Notes: generated by a model from the sequence alone, not told the origin. A stretch of 64,000 nucleotides of DNA from Pseudomonadota bacterium (GCA_023435335.1 JAEYRU010000246.1:1310-65309); one strand, 5' to 3'; positions 29,455-41,246 are shown, counted from the stretch's first letter. Made by a program: numbers and translations.

Positions 29455-29471
29455 GTTGCGCCTGACGAAAT
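29455..29471. promoter_or_regulatory. Candidate IclR-type operator
   Basis: GTTGCG-CCTGA-CGAAAT upstream of the SnoaL-like gene; one mismatch to the recurring palindrome. Confidence 0.5.
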
Positions 29472-29549
29472 GATGCGCAGCCCGGGGTGGCTTTCGGGGG
29501 TCGCTTTGTCGATTGTGTGAGCGACTGACCTTGTTCCGCGAGACACACA

Positions 29550-30173
29550 ATGACCCCCGACACGAACCGCCGCCTGCTGGAAATGCTCGACCGCGAGGAA
29601 CTCTTCGACCTGGTCCGGCGCGAGCGGTTCGCGCGCGACCAGCGTCGCTTCGACGTGATGCGCGCGTGCTTTCACGACGACGCCTATGTGCGCACCAGCT
29701 GGTACGATGGACATGGCGGGGAAGCCTACGTCGAGGCAACCCGCAAATGGATGAGCGCGGCGGGCAACAGCAAGCATTGGGTGTTTCCAGCCTATGCGCG
29801 CGTCGCCGGCGACAGGGCGACGGTCGAGAGCCCCTCCTCGATCTTCAACCGGGCCAGGATCGACGGTGTCGAGATAGACTTCTACGTTTTCTGCCGCTTC
29901 TTCTCGCGTTGCGTACGCGAAGGCGGCGCATGGAAGCTGCTTACCTTTCATGTCCTGTTCGAGCGGGACATCATGCGCACCGTCAATCCCGCCGACCGGC
30001 TCCCCGTCGACTGGGCAGTGCTCGACACCTTGCGTCCGTCCTACCGGTTCCTCGCCTACATGCAGCGCAGCCGCGGTGTGAAGGTGAACCACGAACTATT
30101 GGGTGATGATCGCCCCGACGCGCTTGCGGAATTCCATGCCGGCGAAGAGGCTTGGCTTTCCGCCACCGGCTGA
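29550..30173 (+). CDS. SnoaL-like / NTF2-fold protein
   Basis: LDREELFDLVRRERFARDQRRFD..RACFHDDA, ARVAGDRATVES and REGGAWKL pattern of SnoaL_4/BaiE/LinA-like proteins. Confidence 0.8.
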   Translation: MTPDTNRRLLEMLDREELFDLVRRERFARDQRRFDVMRACFHDDAYVRTSWYDGHGGEAYVEATRKWMSAAGNSKHWVFPAYARVAGDRATVESPSSIFNRARIDGVEIDFYVFCRFFSRCVREGGAWKLLTFHVLFERDIMRTVNPADRLPVDWAVLDTLRPSYRFLAYMQRSRGVKVNHELLGDDRPDALAEFHAGEEAWLSATG

Positions 30174-30199
30174 AGCAAGCGCTCTGCGCGGAAACATTC

Positions 30200-30216
30200 A
30201 TTCCGACAGACGAAAC
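30200..30216. promoter_or_regulatory. Candidate IclR-type operator
   Basis: ATTCCG-ACAGA-CGAAAC upstream of the TAXI SBP gene; half-site GGAAAC 21 bp upstream. Confidence 0.6.
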
Positions 30217-30414
30217 AAGGCCCGATAGCAGGTCGCCGCCCGGGAGCGTCGCCATAGAGTGCCGGACGATGACGTGTTCCGGATCAATAGACACGACCGA
30301 GCGGTTGCAGGGACGAGATCTTAAGGAGCACCTGATCGTCTGCGGACAAGGCAAGAAGGCGTTGTCCACTTGAAGGCCGCGTGCCGGCAGCAGAATGTAG
30401 TGGAGGAGATTCCG

Positions 30415-31557
30415 ATGAGAATGATAGCCAGCTTGGCTCTAGGTGCCGCATGCCTGTTTTCAGGCGCGGCGGTCGCAGCAGATGTCACCTTGCCGAAGAC
30501 GCTGGTGTGGACCAGCTTCGACACCGGCAGCCTGGGCTACAACCAGTCGATCGCAGTCGGCAAGACGCTCGAAGATGCGTATGGCATCTCCCTGCGCGTC
30601 GTGGCCACCAGCACCGACCAATCGCGCCTTGCGCCGGCCAGGGACGGACGGGTTCCCTTTGCGCTGTCGGGCAGCGACGTGTTCTACGCTTTCGAGGGCG
30701 TTCTCGGATACGCGGCGCGCGACTGGGGTCCGCAGCCGTTGAGCGCGCTTGTGCTGGCGGGCGCCAAGAACTGCCTGGGAATGGGCGTCGCGGCCAACCA
30801 GAACATGACGAGCCTCGCCGATCTCAAGGGCAAGCGCGTCGGATGGGTGGTCGGATCGCCGGCGCTGCAGTCCAACGTGAGGGCATTCCTCGCTTTCGCC
30901 GGGCTCACGACTGACGATGTCCGGCTGGTGGAAGCGCCGAGCTACGGTGCGGCGTGGGAGGCATTCTCCAATGGCCAGATCGACGCCATGACGGCCGTCA
31001 CCAGCGGCAGCGGCCTTCTGCAGCAGGCGGCTGCGTCACCGCAGGGGCTGACCTGGCTGCCCACTCCGTTGGATGATGAAGAGGGCTGGAAGCGCCTGCA
31101 GGCCGCGAGCCCGCATTTCACTCCCCGCAAGGCGACGGTCGGGGTGGGCTTCGACGAGAGTAATCCGCTGGACTGCATCGGTGTGCCATATCCGGCGCTC
31201 GTTACCTACAGCGCGGAGCCAGACCTGTCCTACAACGTGATCAAGGCGATCAACGAGCAGGCGCCCGTCTACACCAAGGCCCAGTCGGGCACTGAAGGGT
31301 GGGCAGCCGACGCACAGGTGTACGGCTGGGTCGTGCCCTACAACGAGGCCGCCATCCGGTTCTACAAGGAAGTAGGCACCTGGGACGACGACAAGCAGGC
31401 GCACAATGACAAGCTGGTAGAGCGCGGCAAGGTGCTTCAGGAGGCCTGGAAAAAGATGGCCGACGTCAGCGCGACGGGTGAGGAGTTTACCAAGCAGTGG
31501 ATGGCCACGCGTGCGGAAGCGCTGACGGCCGCGGGCATGCCGCCCTACTTCAAATAA
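30415..31557 (+). CDS. TAXI family TRAP transporter solute-binding protein
   Basis: Signal peptide AVA-AD; WTSFDTGSLGYNQ, LADLKGKRV and VVPYNEAAIRFYKEVG motifs; RBS GGAGGAG; adjacent fused TRAP permease. Confidence 0.88.
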   Translation: MRMIASLALGAACLFSGAAVAADVTLPKTLVWTSFDTGSLGYNQSIAVGKTLEDAYGISLRVVATSTDQSRLAPARDGRVPFALSGSDVFYAFEGVLGYAARDWGPQPLSALVLAGAKNCLGMGVAANQNMTSLADLKGKRVGWVVGSPALQSNVRAFLAFAGLTTDDVRLVEAPSYGAAWEAFSNGQIDAMTAVTSGSGLLQQAAASPQGLTWLPTPLDDEEGWKRLQAASPHFTPRKATVGVGFDESNPLDCIGVPYPALVTYSAEPDLSYNVIKAINEQAPVYTKAQSGTEGWAADAQVYGWVVPYNEAAIRFYKEVGTWDDDKQAHNDKLVERGKVLQEAWKKMADVSATGEEFTKQWMATRAEALTAAGMPPYFK

Positions 31558-31564
31558 GACACTC

Positions 31565-33556
31565 ATGTCCCAGATCGAGAACACCTATCTCGACGGCGAG
31601 GCGGCCCCGGCGCGCGCAGTTCACGGCGTCACCACGATCGTGGTGCGCGTGCTGACGGTGGGTCTTCTGCTGCTCGGAACCAACCAGACCTTCGGCATCG
31701 GGTCAGCCTTCGGCTTCACGATCCTGGAGAACCAGTATCTCTATGCGGTGCTGGCGCTGGCCATTCCGATGGTCTTCCTGCTCTTCCCGGGCGGGAAGTT
31801 CATGTCGGGGGGCGGACCGGGTGTTCTCGACTGGGCCTTTTGCGTCATTGCCTTCGTGGCGCTGGGCTACTTCTTCGTCAACGCTTACAACATAGTGCTC
31901 AGTGGCTGGGAAATGTCCCCGCCAATCGCCGCCGTGGTGATGGGGACGGTCCTGTGGGTGATCATGCTGGAGGCGGGCCGCCGTGCCGGCGGCATGATCC
32001 TTGGAGCGATTGTCCTATTCTTCTCCAGCTATCCGCTGTTTGCGGACGTCATGCCGGGTCCGATCTCAGCATTCGCGTCGCCCTTTCAGTATGTCGCCGC
32101 GTATCACGCGATGAGCCTGGAAAGCATCCTGGGCATCCCGCTCAAGGCATTTGCCACCCTTGTCTTCGGCTTCGTGATCTTCGGAGCCGCGCTGGAGCAC
32201 ACTGGTGCAGGCCGCTTCTTCATCAATCTTGCCTTCGCGCTGCTGGGACACGTGCGAGGCGGGCCAGCCAAGGTCGCGATCGTGTCCAGCGGTCTCATGG
32301 GCTCGCTGAGCGGCAGCGTCGTCACCAACGTGCTGACCACCGGTGTGATGACCATACCGGCCATGAAACGTGTCGGCATGAAGGGAACGACCGCAGCCGG
32401 AATCGAGACGTGTGCTTCGACTGGCGGTGTACTGATGCCGCCGGTGATGGGCGCGGCGGCCTTTGTGATGGCGGATTTTCTGCAGCTTCCCTATTCCACC
32501 ATCGCAATCGCCGCGGCCATTCCGGCGTTCCTCTACTTCTTCGGCCTCTTCGTCCAGATCGACGCCCGGGCCGCCCGCGATCATCTCAGGGGACTGGACG
32601 CAGACGAACTGCCGGACCTGGTTACGACGCTGAAGGAGGGCTGGCACCACATCTTCGCTATCGTAGTGCTGACGGTCATGCTGCTGGTGATGCAGCAGGA
32701 GCGGTATGCACCGTTTTATGCCACGGCCGTGCTGCTGGTGGTCAACCAGTTCGTGTCCCGGGCGGACCGCTGGGGCCGCAAGGAACTGCTTGCCTTCATC
32801 GACAGCCTGGCGCGACTGTTCGCGACCTTGGCCGCCACGCTAGGCGCCGTAGGCATGATCGTGGGCGGGCTCTCGCAGACCGGGCTGGCTGCTACGCTGG
32901 TCAACGACTTGCTGAAGATCGCCGGCGGCTCGCCCTACTGGCTGCTGATCATGGGAGCGATCACGAGCCTCATCCTCGGTACGGGCATGACAGCGACGGC
33001 GTGCTACATCTTCCTTGCCGTGATGCTGGCGCCGGCGCTGGTTCAGGTCGGCCTCGATCCGCTCGCCGTGCATCTCTACATTTTCTACTGGGGCATGCTG
33101 TCCTTCATTACCCCGCCGGTAGCGCTGGGCGCATTCGCCGCTGCGTCAGTTGCGAGGACGCCGCCGATGCGCACCGGATTCGAGGCCATGAAGATCGGAA
33201 GCGTCATCTACTTCATTCCGTTCATGTTCGTATTCGAGCCCGCGCTGATCACGCGCGGAACCGGGATGGATATCCTGATCTCGACAGGGCTGGCGCTGTT
33301 CGGGGTGTGGATCTTCGCCGGCACGATGCAGGGCTACGTCACCGGCATCGGCAGGCTCTTCGCTGACAGCGTCGCGGGCTGGATGGCGCGGCTTCCGGTG
33401 CTCATCGGCGCGGTTTTAATCGCCCTGCCAGGGGAGGCCATCCCTGGATTCGATGATTGGGACCTGCTCGGCATCGGCCTCCTGACAATGGCGCCGACGC
33501 TGATCGCGGCATTTCTCACCAATCGCCGTCACCGCCCGCAGGCACGCCCAGCCTGA
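31565..33556 (+). CDS. TRAP transporter fused 4TM/12TM permease
   Basis: RGGPAKVAIVSSGLMGSLSGS, TIPAMKRVG, ASTGGVLMPPVMGAAAF and ITPPVAL motifs. Confidence 0.94.
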   Translation: MSQIENTYLDGEAAPARAVHGVTTIVVRVLTVGLLLLGTNQTFGIGSAFGFTILENQYLYAVLALAIPMVFLLFPGGKFMSGGGPGVLDWAFCVIAFVALGYFFVNAYNIVLSGWEMSPPIAAVVMGTVLWVIMLEAGRRAGGMILGAIVLFFSSYPLFADVMPGPISAFASPFQYVAAYHAMSLESILGIPLKAFATLVFGFVIFGAALEHTGAGRFFINLAFALLGHVRGGPAKVAIVSSGLMGSLSGSVVTNVLTTGVMTIPAMKRVGMKGTTAAGIETCASTGGVLMPPVMGAAAFVMADFLQLPYSTIAIAAAIPAFLYFFGLFVQIDARAARDHLRGLDADELPDLVTTLKEGWHHIFAIVVLTVMLLVMQQERYAPFYATAVLLVVNQFVSRADRWGRKELLAFIDSLARLFATLAATLGAVGMIVGGLSQTGLAATLVNDLLKIAGGSPYWLLIMGAITSLILGTGMTATACYIFLAVMLAPALVQVGLDPLAVHLYIFYWGMLSFITPPVALGAFAAASVARTPPMRTGFEAMKIGSVIYFIPFMFVFEPALITRGTGMDILISTGLALFGVWIFAGTMQGYVTGIGRLFADSVAGWMARLPVLIGAVLIALPGEAIPGFDDWDLLGIGLLTMAPTLIAAFLTNRRHRPQARPA

Positions 33557-33634
33557 CAGGCGGCTGGACGCCCGCAAAAGAAGCGCTCTATGTTGTCTTC
33601 CGTGTTTGCGCCTGGCCCGTGGGAGGACGTGCCC

Positions 33635-34462
33635 TTGACGAAGGAAGATGCCGATGGCGGCGAGTACATCCGTGCGGCGGAAAGAACACTGCAGATCCTC
33701 GCCTGTTTGAACCGGCGGCCGATCTCGACCATTCAGGATCTGCATAGGGAGACTGGCCTGCCCAAACCCACATTGGTCCGCTTCCTCAAGACGATGGCCA
33801 AAGCCGGCTATGTGACGAATGACGAGCGCCAGGGCGGCTACCAGGTGACCTCGCTGGTGAGTTCCTTGTCGAGCGGCTACCACGGCGACCCGCTGGTCAT
33901 CGAGGCCGGCCGCCCCTGGGCGATTCAGGTTACCCGCCAGCTGCACTGGCCGGTTTCGATCGCCGTTCTGGATGCGCAATCGGTGGTCGTGCGCTTTTCC
34001 ACCGTCGCAGACAGCCCAGTCTCGCCCTTCCATTCGACGATCAACATGCACCTCAGCCTTTTCACCAAGGCACTGGGGCGCGCTTACCTCGCTTATTGCA
34101 GCGACGAGGAGATAGAGGCATTCGCTAGGATCGCAGAGCACAGCGACGATCCGACGGCTGCCAAGATAGCCGCTGACCGCGACTATCTGAACACGCTGGT
34201 TCGGTCCATCCGGCGTGCCGGATACGCGTTGCGCGACGCTCGCGCCGAGCCGAAGAACTCGAATACGCTGGCGGTGCCGATCTTTCTGGGCGGCAGGGTT
34301 CGCGCGACTCTCGGCGTGACCTTCTTCCGCTCCGCAATCAAGTCGCACGAGATGTTCCGGGATTACGCGGTCAAGCTGAAGCAGGTGAGCGCGCAGATCA
34401 CCGCCGACACCGAGCGTCTGCGTGGCACCTATGCGCCCGAGAAGCTGCCGGCCATCGTGTGA
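33635..34462 (+). CDS. IclR family regulator (MhpR-like)
   Basis: IRAAERTLQIL..LN....TIQDLHRETGLPKPTLVRFLKT HTH; ALGRAYLA, GYA and LAVPI motifs; TTG start after GGAGG. Confidence 0.92.
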   Translation: MTKEDADGGEYIRAAERTLQILACLNRRPISTIQDLHRETGLPKPTLVRFLKTMAKAGYVTNDERQGGYQVTSLVSSLSSGYHGDPLVIEAGRPWAIQVTRQLHWPVSIAVLDAQSVVVRFSTVADSPVSPFHSTINMHLSLFTKALGRAYLAYCSDEEIEAFARIAEHSDDPTAAKIAADRDYLNTLVRSIRRAGYALRDARAEPKNSNTLAVPIFLGGRVRATLGVTFFRSAIKSHEMFRDYAVKLKQVSAQITADTERLRGTYAPEKLPAIV

Positions 34463-34471
34463 CGTGATCGG

Positions 34472-35335
34472 CTAGAATTCGTACAACCGGGCGGGATTGT
34501 CGACCAGCACCTTGTTGCGCGCCGTTTCGTCCGGGACGAATTCTGCGAGAAGGTCGACGAGTTGCCCATCGTCCGGCATCGGTCCCGACAGCACAGGATG
34601 CGGCCAGTCCGTGCCCCATAGGGTGCGGTCCGGGGCCGCCGCTACCAGGGACCGTGCAATCACGGTCATGTCGGTGAAGGGGGGGCCTGCCGCGGAGCCA
34701 CGCTCGGCCCCCGAGATCTTCACCCAAGCGTTTTCACAGGATGATACCAGATCGACCAGCGCGCGATGGTTCGGACCATTCGCGTCGCTGGCGAGAAGCC
34801 GGCCCATATGGTCGATAACAAACGGCATATCGAGCCGGCGCATCCAGGGGGAAAGCGCCGGGATCAGGTGCGAATCGAAATGCAGAACCGCATGCCAGCC
34901 GAACGGTTTGATGCGAGCCAGAAGCCTTTCGATCTTCGCCGTCTCAGGCATCGGCGAAATCCGCGTCATGAAATTGAAACGCGCCCCCCTGATGCCGCCC
35001 GCATGAAGGCGTGCGATCTCGTCCACGCCGCAATCCAGTTCGATCTGTGCGATGCCCCGGTAGCGGTCGGGCGCATCGGCGATGGCGTCGAGCATCGCGG
35101 AATTGTCGAAACCGTGGCAACTCGCCTGCACGAAAACTGTGCGCGAAATCCCCAGCAGATCGTGCAGGGCGGCAAGCCGTTCCTTCGGAGCGTCATCCGG
35201 GGTGTAGGCACGATCATCCGAGAACGGAAACCGCGCGGCTGGACCGAAGACATGGCAGTGCGTGTCGCAGGCGCCTGCCGGGAGGACGAGGCTCGGGCGG
35301 CGCGGATTGGCGAGCGGCGGCGGGCAGGCGCGCAT
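34472..35335 (-). CDS. Amidohydrolase-2 family lactonase (LigI / 2-pyrone-4,6-dicarboxylate hydrolase-like)
   Basis: ACDTHCHVFGP, VQASCHGFDNS, GIRGARFNF, DHMGR, WVKISG, LWGTDWPHP and DNPARLY motifs; ATG 35335 with GGAG RBS. Confidence 0.88.
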   Translation of the reverse strand: MRACPPPLANPRRPSLVLPAGACDTHCHVFGPAARFPFSDDRAYTPDDAPKERLAALHDLLGISRTVFVQASCHGFDNSAMLDAIADAPDRYRGIAQIELDCGVDEIARLHAGGIRGARFNFMTRISPMPETAKIERLLARIKPFGWHAVLHFDSHLIPALSPWMRRLDMPFVIDHMGRLLASDANGPNHRALVDLVSSCENAWVKISGAERGSAAGPPFTDMTVIARSLVAAAPDRTLWGTDWPHPVLSGPMPDDGQLVDLLAEFVPDETARNKVLVDNPARLYEF

Positions 35336-35404
35336 GGTTTCTCCATATGGCGGTGGCGCGCACAGTAGGCGGCGCGGCGACTGCGTGCACAGCTGCGCGT
35401 TCGG

Positions 35405-35421
35405 ATTTCGCTTGGCGGAAC
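35405..35421. promoter_or_regulatory. Candidate IclR-type operator in a divergent promoter
   Basis: ATTTCG-CTTGG-CGGAAC between the divergent lactonase and DUF6282-like genes. Confidence 0.65.
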
Positions 35422-35493
35422 ATGCCACCGACGCCTTTGATCGCCTGCGTGAACTGCCGGACAACGGTCGCGATCGATCTATGCGAGAAGAAG

Positions 35494-36453
35494 ATGGCAG
35501 AGAAGAACTGGCGAGAAGAAGCGAAGGCCGTCATGGCGGGCGCGGATGAAACCCTGGTGGCCGACCTGATGAAGGGCGCCGTCGACCTGCATGTCCACTC
35601 GGGGCCGTCGACCATGCCGCGCATGCTCGATCACCTGGAAGAAGTCGATGAAGCGGCCAAGGCGGGCATGCGGGGTGTGCTGTTCAAGGACCACTACTAT
35701 TCCGTCGGACCCATGCTGCCGATGATGCGGCGCCTCAATCCTCACAGGCAGGTCGAGATGTACGGCTCCCTGGTTCTCAATACGACCGTTGGTGGCCTCA
35801 ATCCGTATGCTGTTGACTTCAACCTCAAGGCCGGCACCAAGCTGATCTATATGCCTACCGCCCATGCGGCCAATCACATCCGAAGCAATTTCCGGAAGAA
35901 GCGGCTTGCCACCAACGTCGAGCTGATGGCGCCTTACGCGATCACGGTCGTAGACGAGCGAGGCCAGCTGCTCGACGTGGTCAAGCAGATACTCGATCTG
36001 ATCGCCGCGCATGATGCGATCATCTCGTCGGGGCACCTCCATGTTTCCGAAGCGTGGGCCCTGTTCAGCGAGGCGAAGAAGCGCGGCGTGAAGCGCATGA
36101 TCATGAACCATCCGACCTATGGGCTCCACAGCACAATGGAGGATATCCGCGAGCTGGCGCAGCTAGGCGTGGTGATGGAGCAGTCGGCCTGCCTGTTCGT
36201 CGATTCCCGGTTCAACGTATTTCCGCCTGAGCATCTCAAGGAGCAGATCGACGCCGCGGGTCCCGAAAACTCCTCCATCGGTTCGGATCTCGGCCAGGTC
36301 GATAATCCGAGCCCCGTCGAGGGCCTGCGCCAGGCAATCCGGCTGTGCCTCGGCCTGGGCTATACGCCCGCCGAGATACGGATGATGGTCAGCGAGAACC
36401 CGGCCCGCCTCGTCGGCCTCCATCTCGACCAGAAATCCGAGGCCGCTGAATAG
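35494..36453 (+). CDS. Metal-dependent amidohydrolase-fold protein (DUF6282-like)
   Basis: VDLHVHSGP, LFKDH, YMPT, SSGH, MNHP, GSDLGQ and NPARL: TIM-barrel metal-ligand pattern. Confidence 0.75.
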   Translation: MAEKNWREEAKAVMAGADETLVADLMKGAVDLHVHSGPSTMPRMLDHLEEVDEAAKAGMRGVLFKDHYYSVGPMLPMMRRLNPHRQVEMYGSLVLNTTVGGLNPYAVDFNLKAGTKLIYMPTAHAANHIRSNFRKKRLATNVELMAPYAITVVDERGQLLDVVKQILDLIAAHDAIISSGHLHVSEAWALFSEAKKRGVKRMIMNHPTYGLHSTMEDIRELAQLGVVMEQSACLFVDSRFNVFPPEHLKEQIDAAGPENSSIGSDLGQVDNPSPVEGLRQAIRLCLGLGYTPAEIRMMVSENPARLVGLHLDQKSEAAE

Positions 36454-36489
36454 CCGGCCGCATCTATATATCAGCTGAGAGCAATATCC

Positions 36490-37491
36490 ATGAAGTTTGG
36501 CACCATTGGCCGTAATGGCGAGAATGTCCTGATCGCGCGCCTGTCCGACACCGAGGCGGTCGCGCTTGCCGACGCCTATGCCGCCGCCGGCATGGGCGCC
36601 GCCCCGGCCACCATGCGTGGGCTCATCCATGGCGGCCCGGCGGAACTGGAGAAGGCCGGGAAGGCTGTCGCCGCGGCGGCGGGTGGTTCCGTGCCCCGCA
36701 TCTCGCTTGCAGATGCCGACTGGTCCCCGCCCATACCCGATCCGAGCAAGGTCATTGGCGTTGCGATGAACAACAAGGGCATCCGCAAGGAGGCCCACAA
36801 GGAGCCGTCGGTTCCAAGCTATTTCCTGAAGCCACCGTCGTGCCTGCTCGGCCACAACAAGAATGTGGTAATACTGGAAAACTACGGCGAGACGATCCCG
36901 GAACTGGAACTCGCCGCCGTCATAGGCAAGCGCGGCAAGAACATCCCGGTCGCCGAGGCGCTGGACTACGTCTTCGGCTACACGATCGTCGACGACGTCA
37001 CCTCCCACGGAATCAAGTTCGGCATGGATTCGCTGGCGACAACCCGTGCGCCGCATCTGACCAGGCCGCACCACTTCGAGTGGCGCAACCGGCACGGACC
37101 AGACGACAACGACATCTACTTCGTCTATCACACACGCTCCAAGGGCTCGGACACCTTCGGTCCGATGGGCCCGTGGATCACCACCGCCGACGAAATTGCC
37201 GACCCCAATGCGCTCGAGGTGTCCGGGACGTTCGATGGGGAGCCCTTTGCGGTCGATTCCACGTCCAACTTCCGCTTCTCGGTGCAGGAGGTTATCGCCG
37301 ACGCGAGCCAATGGTTCACGCTTGAGCCCGGCGACGTCATATGCTTCGGGACCACCGCCAGGGGCGTCGGCAAGTATCCGGACGGCCATCGCGGCATCAA
37401 CATGCACCAGATGAAGGGCGAGATCGGCATCACCATCGAGGGGCTGGGCACGCTCACGCATGGTATTGCCCGCACCTGGGACGAGGCGTAA
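36490..37491 (+). CDS. Fumarylacetoacetate hydrolase (FAH) superfamily protein
   Basis: FLKPPS, PELELAAVIGK, ALDYVFGYTIVDDVT, SKGSDTFGPMGPW and TLEPGDVICFGT motifs. Confidence 0.9.
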   Translation: MKFGTIGRNGENVLIARLSDTEAVALADAYAAAGMGAAPATMRGLIHGGPAELEKAGKAVAAAAGGSVPRISLADADWSPPIPDPSKVIGVAMNNKGIRKEAHKEPSVPSYFLKPPSCLLGHNKNVVILENYGETIPELELAAVIGKRGKNIPVAEALDYVFGYTIVDDVTSHGIKFGMDSLATTRAPHLTRPHHFEWRNRHGPDDNDIYFVYHTRSKGSDTFGPMGPWITTADEIADPNALEVSGTFDGEPFAVDSTSNFRFSVQEVIADASQWFTLEPGDVICFGTTARGVGKYPDGHRGINMHQMKGEIGITIEGLGTLTHGIARTWDEA

Positions 37492-37500
37492 GCGGTCGGC

Positions 37501-38481
37501 ATGAAGGCGATCGCCATCAGCCGCCCCGGCGGCCCTGAAGTGCTCGACATGGTCGAGCGGGAGAAGCCCGTACCCGGCGATGGCGAGATACTCGTCAAGG
37601 TCGAGGCAATCGGGCTCAATCGACCCGACGTGCAACAGCGACGCGGGCTCTACCCGCCGCCGCCGGGCGCAAGCGACCTCCCGGGTCTCGACATCGCCGG
37701 CACGATCGAGTCGGTCGGCAAAGGTATCGATACCTCGCGTATCGGCGAAAAGGTGTGCGCATTGGCCAATGGTGGCGGTTACGCAGAATACTGCGCCGTT
37801 CCCGCGGTGCAGGCCATGCCGATCCCAAGGGGGCTGAGCGTGGTGGAAGGCGCTTCGCTGCCGGAGGTATTTTTCACCGCGTGGAACAACGTCGTCTGGC
37901 TGGGCCGCCTGGCAAGGGGAGAGCGCCTGCTGGTCCAGGGTGGTACAAGTGGAGTCGGCATCGCGGCGCTGCAGATCGCCAACCGCCTGTTCAATGCGGA
38001 AACTTATGCGACCGCAGGCACCAGGGAGAAGCGTGCCGTGTGCGGACAGCTGGGTGCTCGTGCGGCGGTCGACTATCACGACGCCGACTGGCCCGAGCAG
38101 GTGAAGGCGGCCGCCGGCGGCAAGGGCATGGACATCATCCTCGACGGCCATGCCGGCCCCTACACGCAGAAACAGCTCGACCTGCTGGATTTCGATGGCC
38201 GGCTGGTGCTGATCGCCAGCCATCTGGCTGAATTCTCAGAGATCAACACCAGGCTTCTGGTGCGCCGCCGGCTGACGCTCACCGGCTCGACGCTCCGGCC
38301 GCGGCCGGCCGAATACAAGGGGCGGATCGCTGCTGAACTCGTGCAAAAGGTCTGGCCGCTGATCGAGTCAGGCGGGATCACGACCCGCATTCACGAAGTC
38401 TTCGCGTTCGACCAGATGCGCGAGGCCCACGCTGTCCTCGACCGCAACGAGCAGATCGGCAAGATCGTGGTGACGCTGTGA
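37501..38481 (+). CDS. NAD(P)H-quinone oxidoreductase, PIG3/zeta-crystallin MDR family
   Basis: PGGPEVL, GLNRPD..QRRGLYPPPPGAS, GGGYAEY, LPEVFFTAW, GGTSGVG, GSTLRPR and GKIVV motifs. Confidence 0.92.
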   Translation: MKAIAISRPGGPEVLDMVEREKPVPGDGEILVKVEAIGLNRPDVQQRRGLYPPPPGASDLPGLDIAGTIESVGKGIDTSRIGEKVCALANGGGYAEYCAVPAVQAMPIPRGLSVVEGASLPEVFFTAWNNVVWLGRLARGERLLVQGGTSGVGIAALQIANRLFNAETYATAGTREKRAVCGQLGARAAVDYHDADWPEQVKAAAGGKGMDIILDGHAGPYTQKQLDLLDFDGRLVLIASHLAEFSEINTRLLVRRRLTLTGSTLRPRPAEYKGRIAAELVQKVWPLIESGGITTRIHEVFAFDQMREAHAVLDRNEQIGKIVVTL

Positions 38482-38503
38482 GGACCGTACGGGGGCCACA
38501 TCG

Positions 38504-38958
38504 ATGCTGACCGTCGAACATGCGCTCGAACTGCAGGCATACGCGGGCAAGGAACTCGGCGTGTCCGACTGGGTGGCGGTCACACAGAGGGACATCGACG
38601 ATTTCGCACGGCTGACCGGCGACGATCACTGGATCCATGTCGACGCGGCGCGCGCCGCAACCGAGATGCCCGGTGGAAGAACCATCGCCCACGGCCTGCT
38701 TGTGCTTTCCTACGTTCCGGCCCTGCAAAGGCAGATCTACCGGATTCTGCAGCGCGGTCGCGGCTTCAACTACGGCTACGAACGCGTCCGCTTCCTCTCT
38801 CCGGTGCCCGTGGAAAGCCGCGTGCGGCTACGGCAGGCGATGGTCGGGGCCACGCGCCACGACAAGGGTACGCGGCTCGAAATCGACGCCACGATGGAGA
38901 TCGAGGGCTCGGAACGGCCAGCCATCGTCGCGCGGTGCATCATCCTTATCGAGGACAA

Positions 38959-38962
<4 letters not shown>
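38504..38962 (+). CDS. MaoC-family (R)-specific enoyl-CoA hydratase/dehydratase
   Basis: GVSDW, IDDFARLTGDDHWIHVD (D-x4-H), TIAHG and NYGYERVRF motifs. Confidence 0.9.
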
Positions 38963-40490
<1,528 letters not shown>

Positions 40491-40494
<4 letters not shown>

Positions 40495-41246
40495 CGGACG
40501 ACTTGCGACTGCCGCATCCCGAGGTCGCGCTGGTGACCGGCGCCAGCAGCGGCATCGGCCGCGCCACTGCCGTCCGGCTCTCAGCACTCGGCTCGAAGGT
40601 GGTGGTCGGCTACAACAGCCGCCGCGACGCGGCTGAAGCGGTTGTCGCCGAACTCGAGGGCGAGGGCCATGCCGCCATGCGGATCTCGCTGGAAGACGAA
40701 ACGAGCATTGCCGCAGCGGTGGCTGCAGTCGAGGCCCGATTCGGAAGGCTCGACGCCCTGGTCAACAATGGCGGTAGCACGACTCCTGTACCGCTCAACG
40801 ATATCGACGGTTTGACGGACGACATCTTCGACCGCACGGTGCGTCTCAACCTGCGTGGGCCCTTCTCGATGGTGCGGGCCTTCCGGCCGCTACTGGAGAA
40901 AGGGAGCAATGCCGCGATCGTCAACGTTTCCTCGCTTGCGGCGCAGAAGGGGGCAGGGAGCAGTCTAGCCTATTGCGCCGCCAAGGGCGGCCTCGACACG
41001 CTCACGATCGGACTTGCCAGGGTGCTGGCGCCGAAGGTCCGGGTGTTCTCGGTTTCGCCGGCGGGGGTGGACACTGAATTCGTGCCGGGCCGCACGCGCG
41101 ATCAGCTCGAGGCGATGGCGGACAAGATGCCGTTGCGCAAGATCACTTCGGCCGATGATGTCGCCCGCGCCATCGTCGCCGCAATCACCCATTTGACCAG
41201 TTCGACGGGGATCATCATCACGGTGGACGAAGGCCGGCACCTGTAG
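40491..41246 (+). CDS. SDR oxidoreductase (FabG-like)
   Basis: TGASSGIG, VNNGG, NVSS and YCAAK motifs; GTGA overlap. Confidence 0.9.

Noticed and set aside
36163..38223. 686-aa antisense ORF, and similar long shadows such as 55898-57808, 8645-10033 and 50072-51427
   Set aside because: Mirror frames of well-supported genes, expected from high-GC codon bias; no family motifs
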